Positions 44,939-58,564 are shown, counted from the first letter of the stretch. The stretch is 64,000 nucleotides of DNA from Massalongia carnosa (GCA_965645245.1 OZ287086.1:1054001-1118000); one strand, 5' to 3'. Numbers and translations are program-made. Notes: generated from the sequence alone by a model not told the origin.

Positions 44939-46280
44939 ATGAGCGACGTTCACTCGCTAGACATTTATCACTGGCTGAGTGACATAGTGCCACCTCTGGA
45001 CTCGTCGTTAGATTCACTTACAAGCACAACTGTGACTCATCCGCCACTGGACATACCTCACAAACGGAAACGATCCGTGGATTCGGTCGAATTCCATGCC
45101 TCAAAGAAGTCTCGATTAGAACTCGGTGTCGTGAACCAGGACCTGCAGGCAGATCTTCAGATGTCAAACATTGAGTCTCCAAGAGCTGGACGAGGGAAGG
45201 CCAAGGTGAATCCATTGCTCGATCCTCCATCTGTTTCATTGCTCATATGCCCTTCAGGCGTTTGTGACACCCGCTACGTCTCATCAAAGCCGGCCCAGCT
45301 CGAGAGCTACCCAAGAAACTATCTCCCAGAACTCCGAACACAACAGCGAGGAGCGCATCCAGAAAGTGGCAGCCAACATCCCGAACATCCGTGAGGCGCT
45401 AGCGAACAATGGAATGCACTTTCGTAACGATGCCGCTTTCGAGCATGAGATCGCCTTGAAGGAACTACTCGATGCTATCACCTCCAAGGAGCGAAACTCC
45501 GCGGTGAAGCCCGAATCTCTACGGAAGATTCGTGGCATTAGGGACAGTAATGACACGGCAAATGAGCGAACGTACTTTGGGGGACTGTTGGGCAAAGTGA
45601 TCAAAGAGGAGCGAATGGTAGATACTCGGAAAAGAGATGCCGAAGGGGAGGTGATTCATGTTGCACGGGAGTTTAGCGCAGATAGTTTGAAACATGAGGA
45701 AGATTTTCTATTCCTAAAAGGATGCCTCCCTGGTATCGACGTGGATGAAAACAAGACCCTCGGTCTCACCACACCCAAGCCCGATCGGGTGTATGGCCTT
45801 CAAGCAGCGCGACACCCAACGACCAACCTCCGCCTAAGCGCTGAGGTACAGTCACTCATCGGCTACGCGGGCGAGGCCAAGCACCCATTCTTTGTCATCG
45901 AAGGCAAGTCCTGCCGCGCTTCCATTGAGGTAGCCGAGGTGCAGGCGATTCGGACTGGAGCGGCCTTGGTCAATACGAGAAGGCGCTTGAACTATTTAGC
46001 CAAGAAAGCAAGCGGGAATTCTGAATTAGAGTCACGAACATCTACGCCGGAGGAATCCTTTGCCTTCTCCTGCACCTGGACTCCTAAAATTGCCGAGCTA
46101 TGGGTTCATTGGCACCAGCGCCTCGACGACGGAACCGATCTCTTTCACATGAACTCTCTTCAGCTTTACTTTATGAGCCGTGACGCCGAGGTTATCCAAT
46201 TTCGCCGAGATGTTCACAATATCCTTGACTGGGGTGTAAGCTTGCAGCGCAAAGAAAACATTGAGGACCTTCTAAAATAG
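44939..46280 (+). CDS. PD-(D/E)xK nuclease-like protein (DUF7924-like); 2 exons, ~429 aa
   Basis: A phase-0 intron 45206-45257 (GTGAAT..CAG) joins the two ORFs. Motifs PKPDRVYGL, HPFFVIEGKS, AEVQAIRTGAALV and NILDWG. Confidence 0.75.
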
Positions 46281-47903
46281 GTCACAATAAAACACGACAA
46301 ACAATAAAACTATCCTTTTCATCTCTCGACGCCAGCTCTTGCGCAGTGTTGAGCCAGGCTGGATCGACTCTATCATATAATCAGATATTGAGATTCTATC
46401 GTAACGATCAATTCTAGACTTACAGAAATCATCAGCCCGAATCCCTTCGCACTCCAAGATCAATCCTGGATATAGTCTCCTCAACCGAGTGGTTTCCGGA
46501 TATAAACTGCTGGAAGCCAGCAATCGTGAGAAGTAAAACCCCCCCTCCTCCTGTCCATCTTGGAATAACCACTTCTCATTAGTGTTGAATCGCGAAGTTA
46601 CCCCAGCACCTTTGCAACTCTCAGTCCAATTCCTAAAAACTTGCTCAAGGCTGAATCAATTTCAGATTGCCGGCAAAGGCCTTAGTGTCTCCCAATCTTA
46701 ACTCGAAATCATCAAGCGTCAAATTCAAAGTTACAACACGCGCATTTCTACTTTGATGCCTTGCAAAGATATCAATAGGCATACGGTTTAGGATTCCCCT
46801 GTGCTGAGTTCTTATACCACAATTCCCCCTTAACTTACCCTCACTTCATTTGTCCCCGTTTCAACCTCTGCCGTCCCAACTCAAACACTTCTCGCGAATC
46901 ATCAAGGTACTCTCCCCACTCCGCATATCGAGCCTCCATAACCCTCCAATAACCCTCCAAGGCGGCTATCAGCGATAATCAGCAGCCTCAAATCTCAATT
47001 TAGAGTCGTCATCCTATTCAAGCCAACAGCGGACGAAATGTTGGCCGTTTTCCGTATCTTTGCGCTGGACCCGCCTGTATTCTCGCTGTCCCGCAGGTCA
47101 ACTTCCAACACGCAGTAACTCCGAGGTATGGCGCTTGAAGCATTAATGTCGCACGTTACAAAGTCGATGACAAAGACGTGATCCTACACCTCCCTGATGC
47201 CCTGTATCGCGTCCCCGGCTACTGAAAATGCGTGAAGATCAATCTGTGGGGACGACGGCGCCCTAGGGTTTAAGTGGTAGGAATATGGGAGTTGGTGATG
47301 ATGACTAGAATGAGATCGTTGTGTCGGATGGCTTGGTTCTTCTTTCCTGTTACCGGCGGGAATTGATGAGTATGATGATGGGGTAAGGGAGGATGATGTC
47401 TTCATTCGTAATAATTTCGTCTTTCAAAGTTCAAAGGAGACATCTGATTCGACGCGTCAAGACAGGTGAATAGGCATAATTAAAAATCAAAGGTTTCGAG
47501 TCCGTTTATTGACTTAAAAAAACCATCGATTTGTTGTATTACCCTACAAGTTTTTTGTCTTCTGCTTTTTTACTGATGTAAGTTGTAATACTAATAAATC
47601 GAGAAGATAAAATTAAAAAGAATTCAAGTTAACAAGCGTCGCTTTGAAGTTTGTCCCCGATTCAACCAATCGTCTTATTTACAAACGTATATTTAGTCAT
47701 CGTCAACTTGACGCGTGTGTTGACAAAATTGAGAGGTTCGATAACTATAATTGCTTCTTCCCGAAAAGATTCGTGACGTACGGAGTAATCGAATGCTAAA
47801 TGCGGGTGTATGCGACTGGGGGGCTTCGATTCTCAATGTCACAGTACTCTCTCTGTACTTCGTACATCAGTCGAAAATGCGACGTGCGGGTGGCAACCAC
47901 TCG

Positions 47904-48556
47904 TTAATTGGTGGTTGATGTTCGGGTCCGAAGTCTGAACCTATCCAGGTCGCCCTCGCCAGGCTTCGGGCCTAGATAGTGCAACGCGGCACCGATTGCC
48001 CCGGTGATGAACCAGAGCAGCAAATTGGTCAGATCGACAAAGGCCGCGCTTTTCACCCGCCTGGTGCTGCCGCCCTGGAGTGGCCCGTTGTCCATGTAGA
48101 GACCAGCGAACATGCCCAGCACGACTGTCCAGAAAAGGCTTTGTATGCCCCATCATGGTCAGCATGGCTGAAGTGGGCCTAATGACAGGAATTACCGGCG
48201 TTCGCGTACAACAGCAAAAAGTCCCACGGCCAGGTAACGAATCTCCTCACATACGGCATCACGCAGACGATGGCGGTGAGCAGGGACATTGCTGCGACGG
48301 CCACCGCGTACGCCTACAGCAATCCTTGGGATTAGCATACCTCCGGCTCACCAGAGATTTTGAAATGCGCCCGCGCTGAGTGACATACCCATTTGTTACG
48401 ATTGTACCGAGCTGGTTTGCTAGAGCTGGTCAAGCCGTCGGCGTACAGGCCGGCCACTGTGAGGCCGAGCACGAACTGCAGAAAACGAAGGGTGGCGTGT
48501 ACGGCGATTTCCGGGAGGTGCCTCTGCTTGTTCTGTGGCGGCAAGGTGTCGTCCAT
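47904..48556 (-). CDS. MARVEL-domain membrane protein; 3 exons
   Basis: LRFLQFVLGLTVAGLY, W|AYAVAVA (intron 48388-48314), WDFLL, AAFVDLTNLLLW; four hydrophobic segments. Confidence 0.8.
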
Positions 48557-49201
48557 TCTGCGTGGCTCTACGACCAAACAGAAGCTAATCCTACGAAGGT
48601 GACGCTAAGGGTTTCTCTATCGTGAAGTTTCGAGTTGGGAGAAGTGATGGGCGTGGGCACTTTTAACCAAAAAGGCCGAGTCGTGTTTAAAACCGATGGA
48701 TTGAGGTTCATGTCAAGACTTAAGAGGCAATGCCAGAGACCATGAGCGCTAAAAGTCTGTCAAGGCGTAAACATCAGAGAGTCCCTAACAGGCAGCAGCT
48801 CTACCCAAACACCGAGTGACTGAGGCTGCAAGAAAACGCCACAACCGCATAACGTGTATGAGGCGCCCTCGAGCGGCATTAATTGTCCAGCCTGACCAAA
48901 ATACCTTAACGCTGACTAACTCTTCGCGCGCAGCCTTGCTCTTACTTGTATAGAAAAAAACGCGATGCTTTGCCGCGAATCAATACCCCGGCTCTGATGC
49001 AGACGCCGCATCAGTGCACAACACCCCCTTCCCCCCTTTCTTGCGACACACATTCTCAGCCTTTCCCTTACCTTTACATTTCTGTCCGGTTATCGAACAG
49101 GAAACTTGCAATCATCCTTCATTGCTCCATGTTAGTCTCGAAGCTATTCTTGCTTCCTCGCCTGAGTTTTGACTTCGTTCGTCTTCGGTGAACTGAGGAA
49201 G

Positions 49202-50488
49202 ATGACGCAACCTTTCGAGTCTAAACTCGGAAGGTTTCTGCGGAATGCCAAAGTCAAGCTTTTCTACGACAGCCCTCTTGGCGACGGCGCTTTATTCGAG
49301 GCCGGCATGGGAGCTAAACCTGACAGACATCCTGATAATGTATCCTTTGGTTTCGGGTCCGTCAACGTCCCCTTCCGGAGCTTGAATAACGGCTTGTTCC
49401 AGGACGAGGTGGCATGGCCCCATCTAAACTCTCACCACAGTGACCCTATCGCAGACGTTGTAGCTCACAGCGTCCAAGGCGATTGGCAGCCATGCGCATT
49501 GCCCAATGGGCGTGAAAACCAACACAGAAGCTTTTCTTCGCCCAATATGTCCAAGACCCAGGCTCATGTTCATTCATCGCGACGAAACTTCTCCGACGGT
49601 CATTATCCGTCGACATTGAAAAGCTGTAACATCTGCGCGGAAGAACGGCCCGAGAAAGATTTCCCAACGATTCCAGTTACTGCCAGCTGCGTACATGCTA
49701 TTGACCTTGCTTGCAAAGTATGCATCCGCCGCCAGATCGAAACGCAGATTTCTAATCGCGGCGACGCCCCTCCGACGTGCGTAGGATGCAACCAGCCTCT
49801 ATCGGACGAAGACGTACAACGTAACGCGACGCACGAAGACTTCGAGCGCTACGGTGAACGGGCCACTTATAAGCTATTAGAAAGTGATCCTCGATTCACC
49901 TGGTGCCCGCTGTCGGGCTGCAGTGGAGGCCAGATTCATGAGCGCGGCTCCGATGAGCCTAAGGTCACATGTTCGAGCTGCGGCGGAGCGTACTGCTTTA
50001 TAGATAGAGTGAGATGGCATACGGGCTCGACGTGTCGCGAGTATAGCATGGATCCTGAACGAGCCATGGAGGTCCGCCGGCGTGAGGAGGCAGCACCCAT
50101 ACGCAGTAGAGGCCCGCCGGCTGGGAGTTTCCAGGATGAGGCCGCCGAGCTGGAGAGGAGGGAAAGGGAAGCGCAGGAGAGGAGGGCAGCGCAGGAGAGA
50201 AGAGCAGCGCAGGAGAGGAGGGAAGCGCAGGAGAGGAGGGAAGAACAGGAGAGACGAGACGCGGATTTCGTCCGCAACAGAGCCGTGCCCTGCCCAGGGT
50301 GTAAGTATATGACGGAGAAGAACGGTGGCTGTAAACACATGACCTGTATGTCAAGCCAAAGTCCCTATTTGTTCATCTGAGCCCAGCTGACTCGTGGATT
50401 CCGGCGAAAAGGCGTAAAATGTGGGTTCGAATATTGCTGGAAATGCCGGGCAACCTGGCAGACTGGCCATCTGAACAGCAATTGCTAA
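49202..50488 (+). CDS. RBR (RING-IBR-RING) E3 ubiquitin ligase
   Basis: RING1 CNIC..CVH..CKVC..CVGC; IBR WCPLSGC..CSSC..WH..C; RING2 CPGC..EKNGGCKHMTC completed by exon 50412-50488 (CGFEYCWKC) after intron 50346-50411. Confidence 0.9.
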
Positions 50489-51037
50489 GTCTCTTACGCC
50501 GCTATTCAACCAGGTGGCTTTCTCTGATGGACACAGTCGGCAAGCTTGCCTATTTGATATTCGAGGTTATGACGGCCGGAGGCATGAAACGGAGCTCAAG
50601 GCCACAGATCGAAGGAAGATGATCGTTCTTTCGAGCAGCTTGAGCGCGTTCAAGGCGAGCTTCACGGCGATGCTGTCTTGACTGTCCCAATCAACCAACC
50701 AATTATGCCTAATTCGCATCGAATCCGCCCCTAATATCCCTCTTTTGGTCTCCAGAGTAACCTAAAACCTTTAATTACAGACCCCCATCACTAAACATGA
50801 AGCCGATCCACCAGGGGCTAGGGCGCGTGCTCCTTGAGCCTTAGGAAAACTCCTCGATTATCACGATACCGCTTGATTTAACAAGCGCACGACTTCCTCC
50901 CCTCGTCCCCACTGCTGAAAAAACACGAAACTGTCGCTTCGCCGTCGACGACGAAAGCACGCCTCGTACATACGTATGTATACACCTCGACCTAAGGACT
51001 GCTGATTGCTGTTTTCCTTCGGGAAATGGAGCAAAGC

Positions 51038-51046
<9 letters not shown>

Positions 51047-51089
<43 letters not shown>

Positions 51090-51104
51090 TGAGAGAGAAA
51101 GAGA
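51047..51104. repeat. (GA)n microsatellite
   Basis: About 17 perfect units followed by imperfect units. Confidence 0.95.
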
Positions 51105-51771
51105 GTAGCGAGGGGGCAGCGAGAACGCGAGAGAAGAACTCAGCACCACAGTCTAGAACGTGGCTATAGCTGCTAAAGACATCTTTCCACCCATTCTGCT
51201 GACCTAGACCTGAAATCTCGCTTGATGCCTGTGTTTTTTTTGTTTTTTGTTTTGCCATGCGATGGCGATACTGAGACATCAAGTCGAACCTGCACGCATC
51301 TCCAAAACTTCTGAAACGCGTCTTCGCATAATACTAGAGAGGGTCCGTTTAACCTCCTAACTACTAAGTACTTGCTTACTTACCACCTATGTAACTTCCA
51401 GAACTTGTTCTTGTGTTCATCTTCTTCATTTTTTTTTAATGATATTTTTCTTTCTTTTCGCATCAGCAACGCTATACGCGGCCGCCCGCGAGATTTTAGG
51501 TTTGGGAAGAAATCAGTCGCAAATACATCGGAAACTGGCTGCGAGAATGGTTTAGGTCGATGAAGAAGAAGAATCTTTGGGTTTTTTGGGGAAAGAATAT
51601 GTAGTTAAGTTGTCGTTATTACGTGTTGTAATCAGGATTTTATAACTTTCGAGATAATTCACGTTAAGAAGCGGGATTTTCTTCTTTTTTGATGTTTTGA
51701 GTTTTAACACAGGTGCAAAAAAAGAAAAAAAAGTTTATATGGATATGAATAACGGGTAATTAGTTCTATTA

Positions 51772-53004
51772 TAGTAGGTCCGGATAGGCGAATTTAAACG
51801 AATTTCATAGCAGTATGAATTAGCTATTGTTGCTGTTACAAAATCAACGTTTCAGTAAAATGATGCGATTATTTGTTTACATTTAACTAATATTTAGTAT
51901 AACCTCCATTTGCACAGGACTGCTTGCACTCGACGAGGCATTGACCGCATTAAACTTTCCAAAAACGCCTTCGTTATGTAGTCCCATGCCTCCAAGATAG
52001 CATCAACAATGGCCTCTTGAATTTTTGGGGCACTTGCTGACAGAATGCGTAATTCGGGGTGTCTTCTAAAGACTATGTTCTTCACTTTCTTCCATACCAT
52101 CTCGATGGGGTTCAAATCGGGGGAGTAGGCCGGCCAATCCATGACCATGTACCCCTTTTCTTAGAACCAGTCCATTGTCTCTCGAATTTTGTGTGTTTTA
52201 GCTCCAGCTTGCATGAAAAAAATGCCCGAATCGATATCGAGCATGGTAGGAAGATGTTCTTTATAAGCATCGAGTATAATCAACCCTGTGATACCTTTCT
52301 TTCCCGTACGATCTGGATCGGGCTCCAACGAGATCAAACCACCCCGTCGATTGCCTGCAAAGCGGCCCCAGAACATCTTTGTGACTCTTGATCCATTGTT
52401 GACTAGTTCGAAGCATTATTGATCCCATTTCTCATTTAAAAGTTGAAAACCCCACACGTTCTCACTCCCATCCTGTTTGCAAACTCATCTCATCAGACCA
52501 GCACACTTGAGCCCACTCATCCTCCAAAACAACCTCATATTAACATGCCCAGCCCAGCCAATCAGCAATATGAGCTTCCGTTAACATCGTACGATTAGCT
52601 GCGCGCCATTTGCAAAACGTTTTAATCTCGAAGACGTCGCTTCATGGTGGTTCGAGAAACATCGGGCATAATGTTAGCTTGCAACTCCCCCAGAGGCTGT
52701 CGACGACCCTTTGACCCCGATTTAATCGCTGCTCGTATCAAATGACGATCTTCTCGTGCTGTGGTTATTTTGGGCCGACCAGATCGTACATCCGATTTGT
52801 GGTCGTCGCGGAAACTTTTCGTGTATAGTACTAACGGAGGCGCCGGCGAGGCCCATACCGTAAATTTCAGCTCTGATTATGACGGGCACTTCTTTGCGCG
52901 TAGTTCTGGGCTGTTTAGAGCTACGTGGGGGTGGCATGATGGATTGAAAGGTGGTTATTTACTTTTCAAAACTAAAAAAATTCTCGCCTATCCAGACACT
53001 TCTG
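51772..53004 (-). mobile_element. Degenerate Tc1/mariner transposon
   Basis: Fragments [29 protein letters not shown] and SMPRRVQAV; degenerate TIRs around ggataggcga (~51782) and tcgcctatcc (~52984). Confidence 0.85.
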
Positions 53005-53840
53005 ACCCCGCATAAATAGTTATGTTCAACAAAAAACAATAAAAAAAATGTGATTACACAAACTAGAGAAACCCCTTGTCGGTCGCTGAGTTCGTGAAAA
53101 ACGAAACATCAGCCGATTCTTCTTCTGCATGCGTTGCTTTACAATCCTTCCTTCCTTCCTTCCTGCTACTCTAAACGGGTACTCGACAAAATCTCAAGAC
53201 CTAACCCTCCTTGGGTCGTTCAGCTAACATACTTGATTACTTACTTAACCACATCCGCTCAAACCATCCTTGGAAAAGCCGAAAAAAAATCTCCTGATCT
53301 AGGGGAGCCATACTCTGTGTATATATATATAGCGGGCTTCCGTCGTAGCGGATAGAGGAGGTCAAGCAGGTAAGCAGCTATTGCTGCATTTCTATTATTT
53401 CGATACCTTTTCAGGCGTTTCTGTTCAGCGCCTTCATTGTTTGTTCGATCCAAACCCCCTGACTAGAGAGAGATACTTTCTGGGGGAGTCATCGGTCAAG
53501 GGGCGATCGGTCGACAAGATGTATTGAGCTGTTAATTATCGTTATCTTACAGTCTCGCTTCAGTGCGCGCGACATGTCCTGCTCCAGCCTGACCTTGCGA
53601 AGTGCCAATGTTCGAGTACCCGTAGCGGGTATCGCAGGCGTCGTTGAAATCGGCTTCGATGCAGCGTGAGCGAAGACATGAAACACTCATTCATTCGTCG
53701 CACGTTTATTGGAACGAGTGTTCGACATCTTCGCCGCTTTTAAACTCTTGACATCGCTTGCTGTGTTTAGGCTTCTTTAATGATTGCGCTGAAGATACGG
53801 ATGAGGAAGACTCGTTTCGACGTACGGTGATTTTTCGTTA

Positions 53841-54501
53841 TCAATATCGAAGACACCAGTTCCTGGGTCCACAGGAGGCAGTTCTTTGAGTAATGATGTT
53901 AAGATCAATACTACAGTGAGGATAACGCATCGGAGGACTTAAAATACCTTCCATATCTTGAGCTGCCTTGAAAATAATTTGCGAAGCTTCAGCATAAGTC
54001 GCACAATCTTTTCCTGATGGGAGCAACCATACGAGAGGAGTCTTTCGAGAGTGAAGACATTTTCGTAGAAGTCGTCGATGAAAACCCCCCTTCTCTTTCT
54101 TGATCATCCTCGAGCTTTATGACGTCCGAAAGGAGATATTCCTGTTCGTGAAACCTACGTATTCGGTGTGTTGCGTCCAATGCGGTAGATTCGCCCCCTA
54201 AAAGAAGAAAATCCTTCAGCACCACTGTCAGGACATGTTCACATGTTCTCGCCAATCTCATTGAAACTAATAATCCACCGTTCCTTGCTTGCACTGACTG
54301 TGTCGCTCGTTGTAAAACTCGTATTGCGTTTTCGTGTGCTGTCATGGTCTGTTTGTGATGTGAAACTATGTCAACAGAAAAGCTCAGGGTTAAATTATGG
54401 AGTGTAATCCAGAGGTTGGAATATCGGAAGTTTCTTTGTGCTTGCTTTTCATGATAGACCAATAAAGGATTGGCGAGGTCCGCTTCATCAATCCATGTCA
54501 T
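53841..54501 (-). pseudogene. Hypothetical protein, probably frameshifted
   Basis: 170-aa and 88-aa overlapping ORFs just downstream of the HET gene; no recognised motif. Confidence 0.3.
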
Positions 54502-54567
54502 AAGTGGGTTGTAGCTGGAGCTAGAACACGTTTCAAGAAATCGTTGCGGCTCACATAGTCGTAAGAT

Positions 54568-56427
54568 TCAACGGAGAGAAATGCTTTCAACCCTGTAGCT
54601 GCCGATGGCATCTCCAATGTTGACATTCTTCGATAGATCCTTTAGCAGCTCCCCTCGATTGAGCTCGTCAAAGGATCCCTCACCAATCACCAAATAATAA
54701 TCGCCAACGGAGCGAAGAATCATGGGTTGTTCGCACCCGAGCATCATCCATACCTCATCTCCCGCCTTGGCGGACTTGAGACTCATCCCTATCCCCCCCT
54801 TTGCCCCAACCCACGGTTGATGTTTGCCGATTACGCCCCACGCCAGTCGGGCGAACATTTGCCCAGATTCGGACTCTGTAGACGTGTTCGGGCGGATGAT
54901 ATCTACCATCGTCAAAGGAGGCCGTTCTCTAGCCCTGGCTTCCGAGGCCTGACTTGCTTTGATGAGGTTGTCAGCACTTTGAGACACCCCCCGTCGGAGG
55001 ATGTCGTTGGCATCCGGATCTTCCGGTTTAAGAAGGTCTACGCCAGCCAACACACGGACTAGTGAATACCACTGAGGAAGGCAAAATACGTCCCTGTCGT
55101 GCTCTTCATTTTCGGCATCATGTTGTGTTAAGGATGCAGCATTCACAATGGTTCGACAGATTCCCAGGAAAGTAGTTGTAGGGGTGATGTACATCTCCAC
55201 GCCCTCTGGTAAGTAAAATGCATGTTCAATGCGATCAATGCAGATTCCATAGGCGCACAATGCCGTACCATCGGGTGAGATGGTTGATTTCAGTCTTGGC
55301 GTGATCAATGGCGGTTCTTGTGAGAGTTTCGGCGAGTGGGACAACCACGTCCTCGTAGAAGGATCCCGCCAGTCTGGTACCCACGTTGGAAGCGTTCTTT
55401 CGCTGGAAGGATCCCTCCAATTGATACCGGCATAAAGCATGAAGTTAAGCGAGTTATACTTCCGCAACATGAACTCTGCAACGCTAGCGTAAACCTCTTG
55501 GATGGAACGCTCGTAACTTATCGGTATATCTCCCTCAGAGTAGTCAAAAGCGAGGTAGAGGACGCCATATACTCTATCCCGATCATCGCTGCATTCGAGT
55601 TTGAAGCACGACGACAAGGTCACTAGAAGACTGAGCTCTTGTACGCTCAGCGTCGAACCCTGGATTGGCTGAGAAGAGCTGTCAATCTCGCCGAATCTCT
55701 TGGGTAGGAGCAGATTAGGACGGACATCGAGCCAATCAATCCAAATCGGGGTGTTGATATCGGCTGCTTCGGTTCTGTCAGTCATAATCCGAATATAATG
55801 ATACAAATTGTACACGGGCATCAGTATTCTTCGACATTGTATGGCCAATGCCTTTGCGTTGGAGATTTCTTGCTGAATCCAAATCCGCATCCAATAAGGA
55901 TTCTTGAAGACCGCACATAGGGGTTCCCAAAACGATGGGCGATCTCCGAGGTCTTTCTCAGTGCTCTGGTCGTTGAGAATTCGCAACCTGATCATCGTGG
56001 AACTTTCGGGATCAATGTCTACATCAAGCCAAATGCGCACCGTGATAGCATTTCGGTATATGCGTCGCATCAGCTGCACTTGTTGATTCCGCTCCTGGAC
56101 ATCGCCTTGATTGATGCAAATGGCATCGATCCAGATCTTGCGGGCCTGATTTGGTAGCCGCAACGCTTGCAGTGCCGTTTCAAGGGCGGCAGTTATGGCA
56201 AAGCTGTTGTTCTGGTTTAACTGGATTTTCTTTGGATTCGCTATCGGTCCCCACATGTAAGAAAGGGCGTCGTACGGTTGATTAATACTCTCGTCTTGCA
56301 AAGAATGCCGTATCAGTCTTCCAGATACTTGACTGTTGATAATACCAGGTAAGAGAACAAAAAGTCGGATTTCTTGACTATCAGCACTGATTGGAGCATC
56401 TGGATAAACATTCTGAATGTTATTCAT
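54568..56427 (-). CDS. Heterokaryon incompatibility HET-domain protein (HET-6-like)
   Basis: YDALSYMWG, IWIDAICINQ, ERNQQVQLMRRIY, YWMRIWIQQE, DRVYG, LPTWVPDW and GDEV..PMILR..GE; intact 619-aa ORF. Confidence 0.93.
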   Translation of the reverse strand: MNNIQNVYPDAPISADSQEIRLFVLLPGIINSQVSGRLIRHSLQDESINQPYDALSYMWGPIANPKKIQLNQNNSFAITAALETALQALRLPNQARKIWIDAICINQGDVQERNQQVQLMRRIYRNAITVRIWLDVDIDPESSTMIRLRILNDQSTEKDLGDRPSFWEPLCAVFKNPYWMRIWIQQEISNAKALAIQCRRILMPVYNLYHYIRIMTDRTEAADINTPIWIDWLDVRPNLLLPKRFGEIDSSSQPIQGSTLSVQELSLLVTLSSCFKLECSDDRDRVYGVLYLAFDYSEGDIPISYERSIQEVYASVAEFMLRKYNSLNFMLYAGINWRDPSSERTLPTWVPDWRDPSTRTWLSHSPKLSQEPPLITPRLKSTISPDGTALCAYGICIDRIEHAFYLPEGVEMYITPTTTFLGICRTIVNAASLTQHDAENEEHDRDVFCLPQWYSLVRVLAGVDLLKPEDPDANDILRRGVSQSADNLIKASQASEARARERPPLTMVDIIRPNTSTESESGQMFARLAWGVIGKHQPWVGAKGGIGMSLKSAKAGDEVWMMLGCEQPMILRSVGDYYLVIGEGSFDELNRGELLKDLSKNVNIGDAIGSYRVESISLR

Positions 56428-56898
56428 TGGATTGACCTAACTTGTAAGAAGTGTTGTTTTCGCTGAGTATTGTTTTAGATTTTCGCGGCTTTAGAAATGC
56501 AAATCCTTCAAGCCCAACGAGTCCTCATTGTTAGATGATAGGCTACTAATTATCAGTTAGATGATTGGGATACCATTCATCATTATAGACACCCGTCAAG
56601 AGTCCCAGGGATACCTGTCATATATCGATAGATGTGCCTATTAGAAATTATAAAAGATGTTATAATTCTATCCTAACATGAGAAGTTAAACTATTAAATG
56701 AATTGTCTACTACGTTGTGCAATCGAATAAAAGAATTAAATAATTATCATATGACAACGTGTTTAACTTTAATTAGATTAAAGCGTTACAATAAAGTTTC
56801 AAAAGACGTCGATGTTTGTTTAGATGCGTATAAATCTAATCGTTTTAAACCACTTTCAAAATAAAAGAATATTTCTTAATGTTTTATCAGTTCAATAA

Positions 56899-57776
56899 CG
56901 CTAACTTCCTCTACCAACGACGGGTCCCCGCCGTCACCTCACCGGCCTGCCTATGTGGTGGCACAGACAAACTCCAGAACACGTAATTATGTTCTGTAGA
57001 CTTATTGACAGTAGAGAACAGATGTTTCGCGCCGCTGGCACGAACAACTATCAACAGCTGACCGAAACATCAAAAACTCTAAAGATATTAACTACTTGGC
57101 TAATGAAAACAGGTCTACTGACCCAATTCTCACTGGCATCTACACTATTGTACAATTAACAGTAGTTTCACTTCTCTTTTCCTTCTTATCTCACAAAGCG
57201 TCACAGTTCTCACATGATTTTCGCTCTGCGTCTCCTGTCCGACGTCGACCCGGAGTCACATGGACAGGTATCAAGGGATATGGTTTTTACACCTGAAAAA
57301 GGTTTTCCATGTAACATATGTGACGGTTCAACCAGGATTTGGAATTGACTATCTACTGGGAAGCTATGCACTAGAAAATATCAAAGATGCAGAAAGGAAA
57401 CAAGCAAAGGGTGCGCTCTCTGAGAGTCTATATAGATAATCGCTTGGCCCGCTCCAGCTGCTTGTGTCTTCATCAATAAGTGAACAGTTTGGTCAAACAG
57501 TCTTTCTGTCCTTTGTCCATTTATCTATTTGTGTTTGCTTTAGAAGGTCGTTTCGATGCGTCCCTTTCAGTCCTTTCAGACCTCCGTTGATTGCCCCTAT
57601 GATTGCTAAAAGGGTTGAGTAACGGAAGCGGTTAGTGCGCCGGCAGATGCCGTACTTTCCTTTGATTGGCCTTGGGTGGATATGGTTGAACCGTGACAAC
57701 ATACCGCATGGGCCGGCCTACGGCCGGTGACATATCGGAGTATGAATACATCATCATCATCATCATTATCATCATC
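56899..57776 (+). mobile_element. 5'-truncated Tad1-like LINE
   Basis: C-terminal QTPEHVIMFC..WLMKTGLLTQFSLA similar to the LINE at 62300-62499; (CAT)n tail; TSD ATCAGTTCAATAA (56886-56898, 57777-57789). Confidence 0.9.
57319..57698. mobile_element. Solo LTR (380 bp) nested in LINE 3' UTR
   Basis: TG...CA with 16-bp terminal inverted repeat (15/16 match) and TSD ACATA (57314-57318, 57699-57703). Confidence 0.85.
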
Positions 57777-58147
57777 ATCAGTTCAATAAGACATTGAATT
57801 TAATATCAATTTTTTCATCATTTATTAACTTTTTTAAATACGTAAAAACCTTTGATTACAGGAGGCTTAGTAGCAGACTGAAGACTTTGAAAGGTGATTA
57901 TATTAATGCTATCTAGAAGGAAGGAAGTTCGAGGGGTCCTCCCGAGGACCTTATTGACCAGATTGTTTGCTATCCCTCTCGCTGGTGAATTGGCACCCCC
58001 CTCCCGCACTATATATAGATAGTTTAGAGCTCCCGATACCTTAAATATCTACCAATCAAATAAAGCGGCTTGCTACCCCTTTCTGACTCTTTTTAAGAAT
58101 TGCCTAATCAATTACTATCTACCTGAACTCCATCTACTTCTTTCAGT

Positions 58148-58564
58148 TCAAATGTATTGCCTCCCAGCAGGCCTGATTTTACAACAAGGTCTGATTGGAT
58201 GACATCTTCCACACGCCCATCTTGTTTGAGAACCTCGCTGCTTTCTTTTCCTGCCATTAGCGTCTCTTTCAGCCAAATGCTCCCCTTTTCCTTTGGAGGG
58301 CCTTGTTTTATTGACATTGCAGGGCTCGCATTTCCGCTTCTTCTCCAGATGAATATAATGGTGCTCGGGGGTAGAAACTAAAGGCTCAGAGTTGGTCTGA
58401 ATCCTTATCTTTGGCTCATGTCGTCGGGTTTGTCCAGTGGGATTCTTCATCAGACTGAGGGCAAGATGATGAGTAAAATCCGTACGAGTGAGTTTTTTTC
58501 CTTCGGTTCTGAAGTCATCAATTAGATAAAGCTTGTATGCATTGAGCGCAACAGCATCTAACAA
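58148..58564 (-). pseudogene. piggyBac-like transposase C-terminus
   Basis: LDAVALNAYKLY..F...LA..L followed by a Cys-rich tail (KCEPC..TRWACGRC..CC); truncated where the LINE begins. Confidence 0.7.

Noticed and set aside
50841..51282. ORFs with LSLSLS runs
   Set aside because: Translation of the GA microsatellite.
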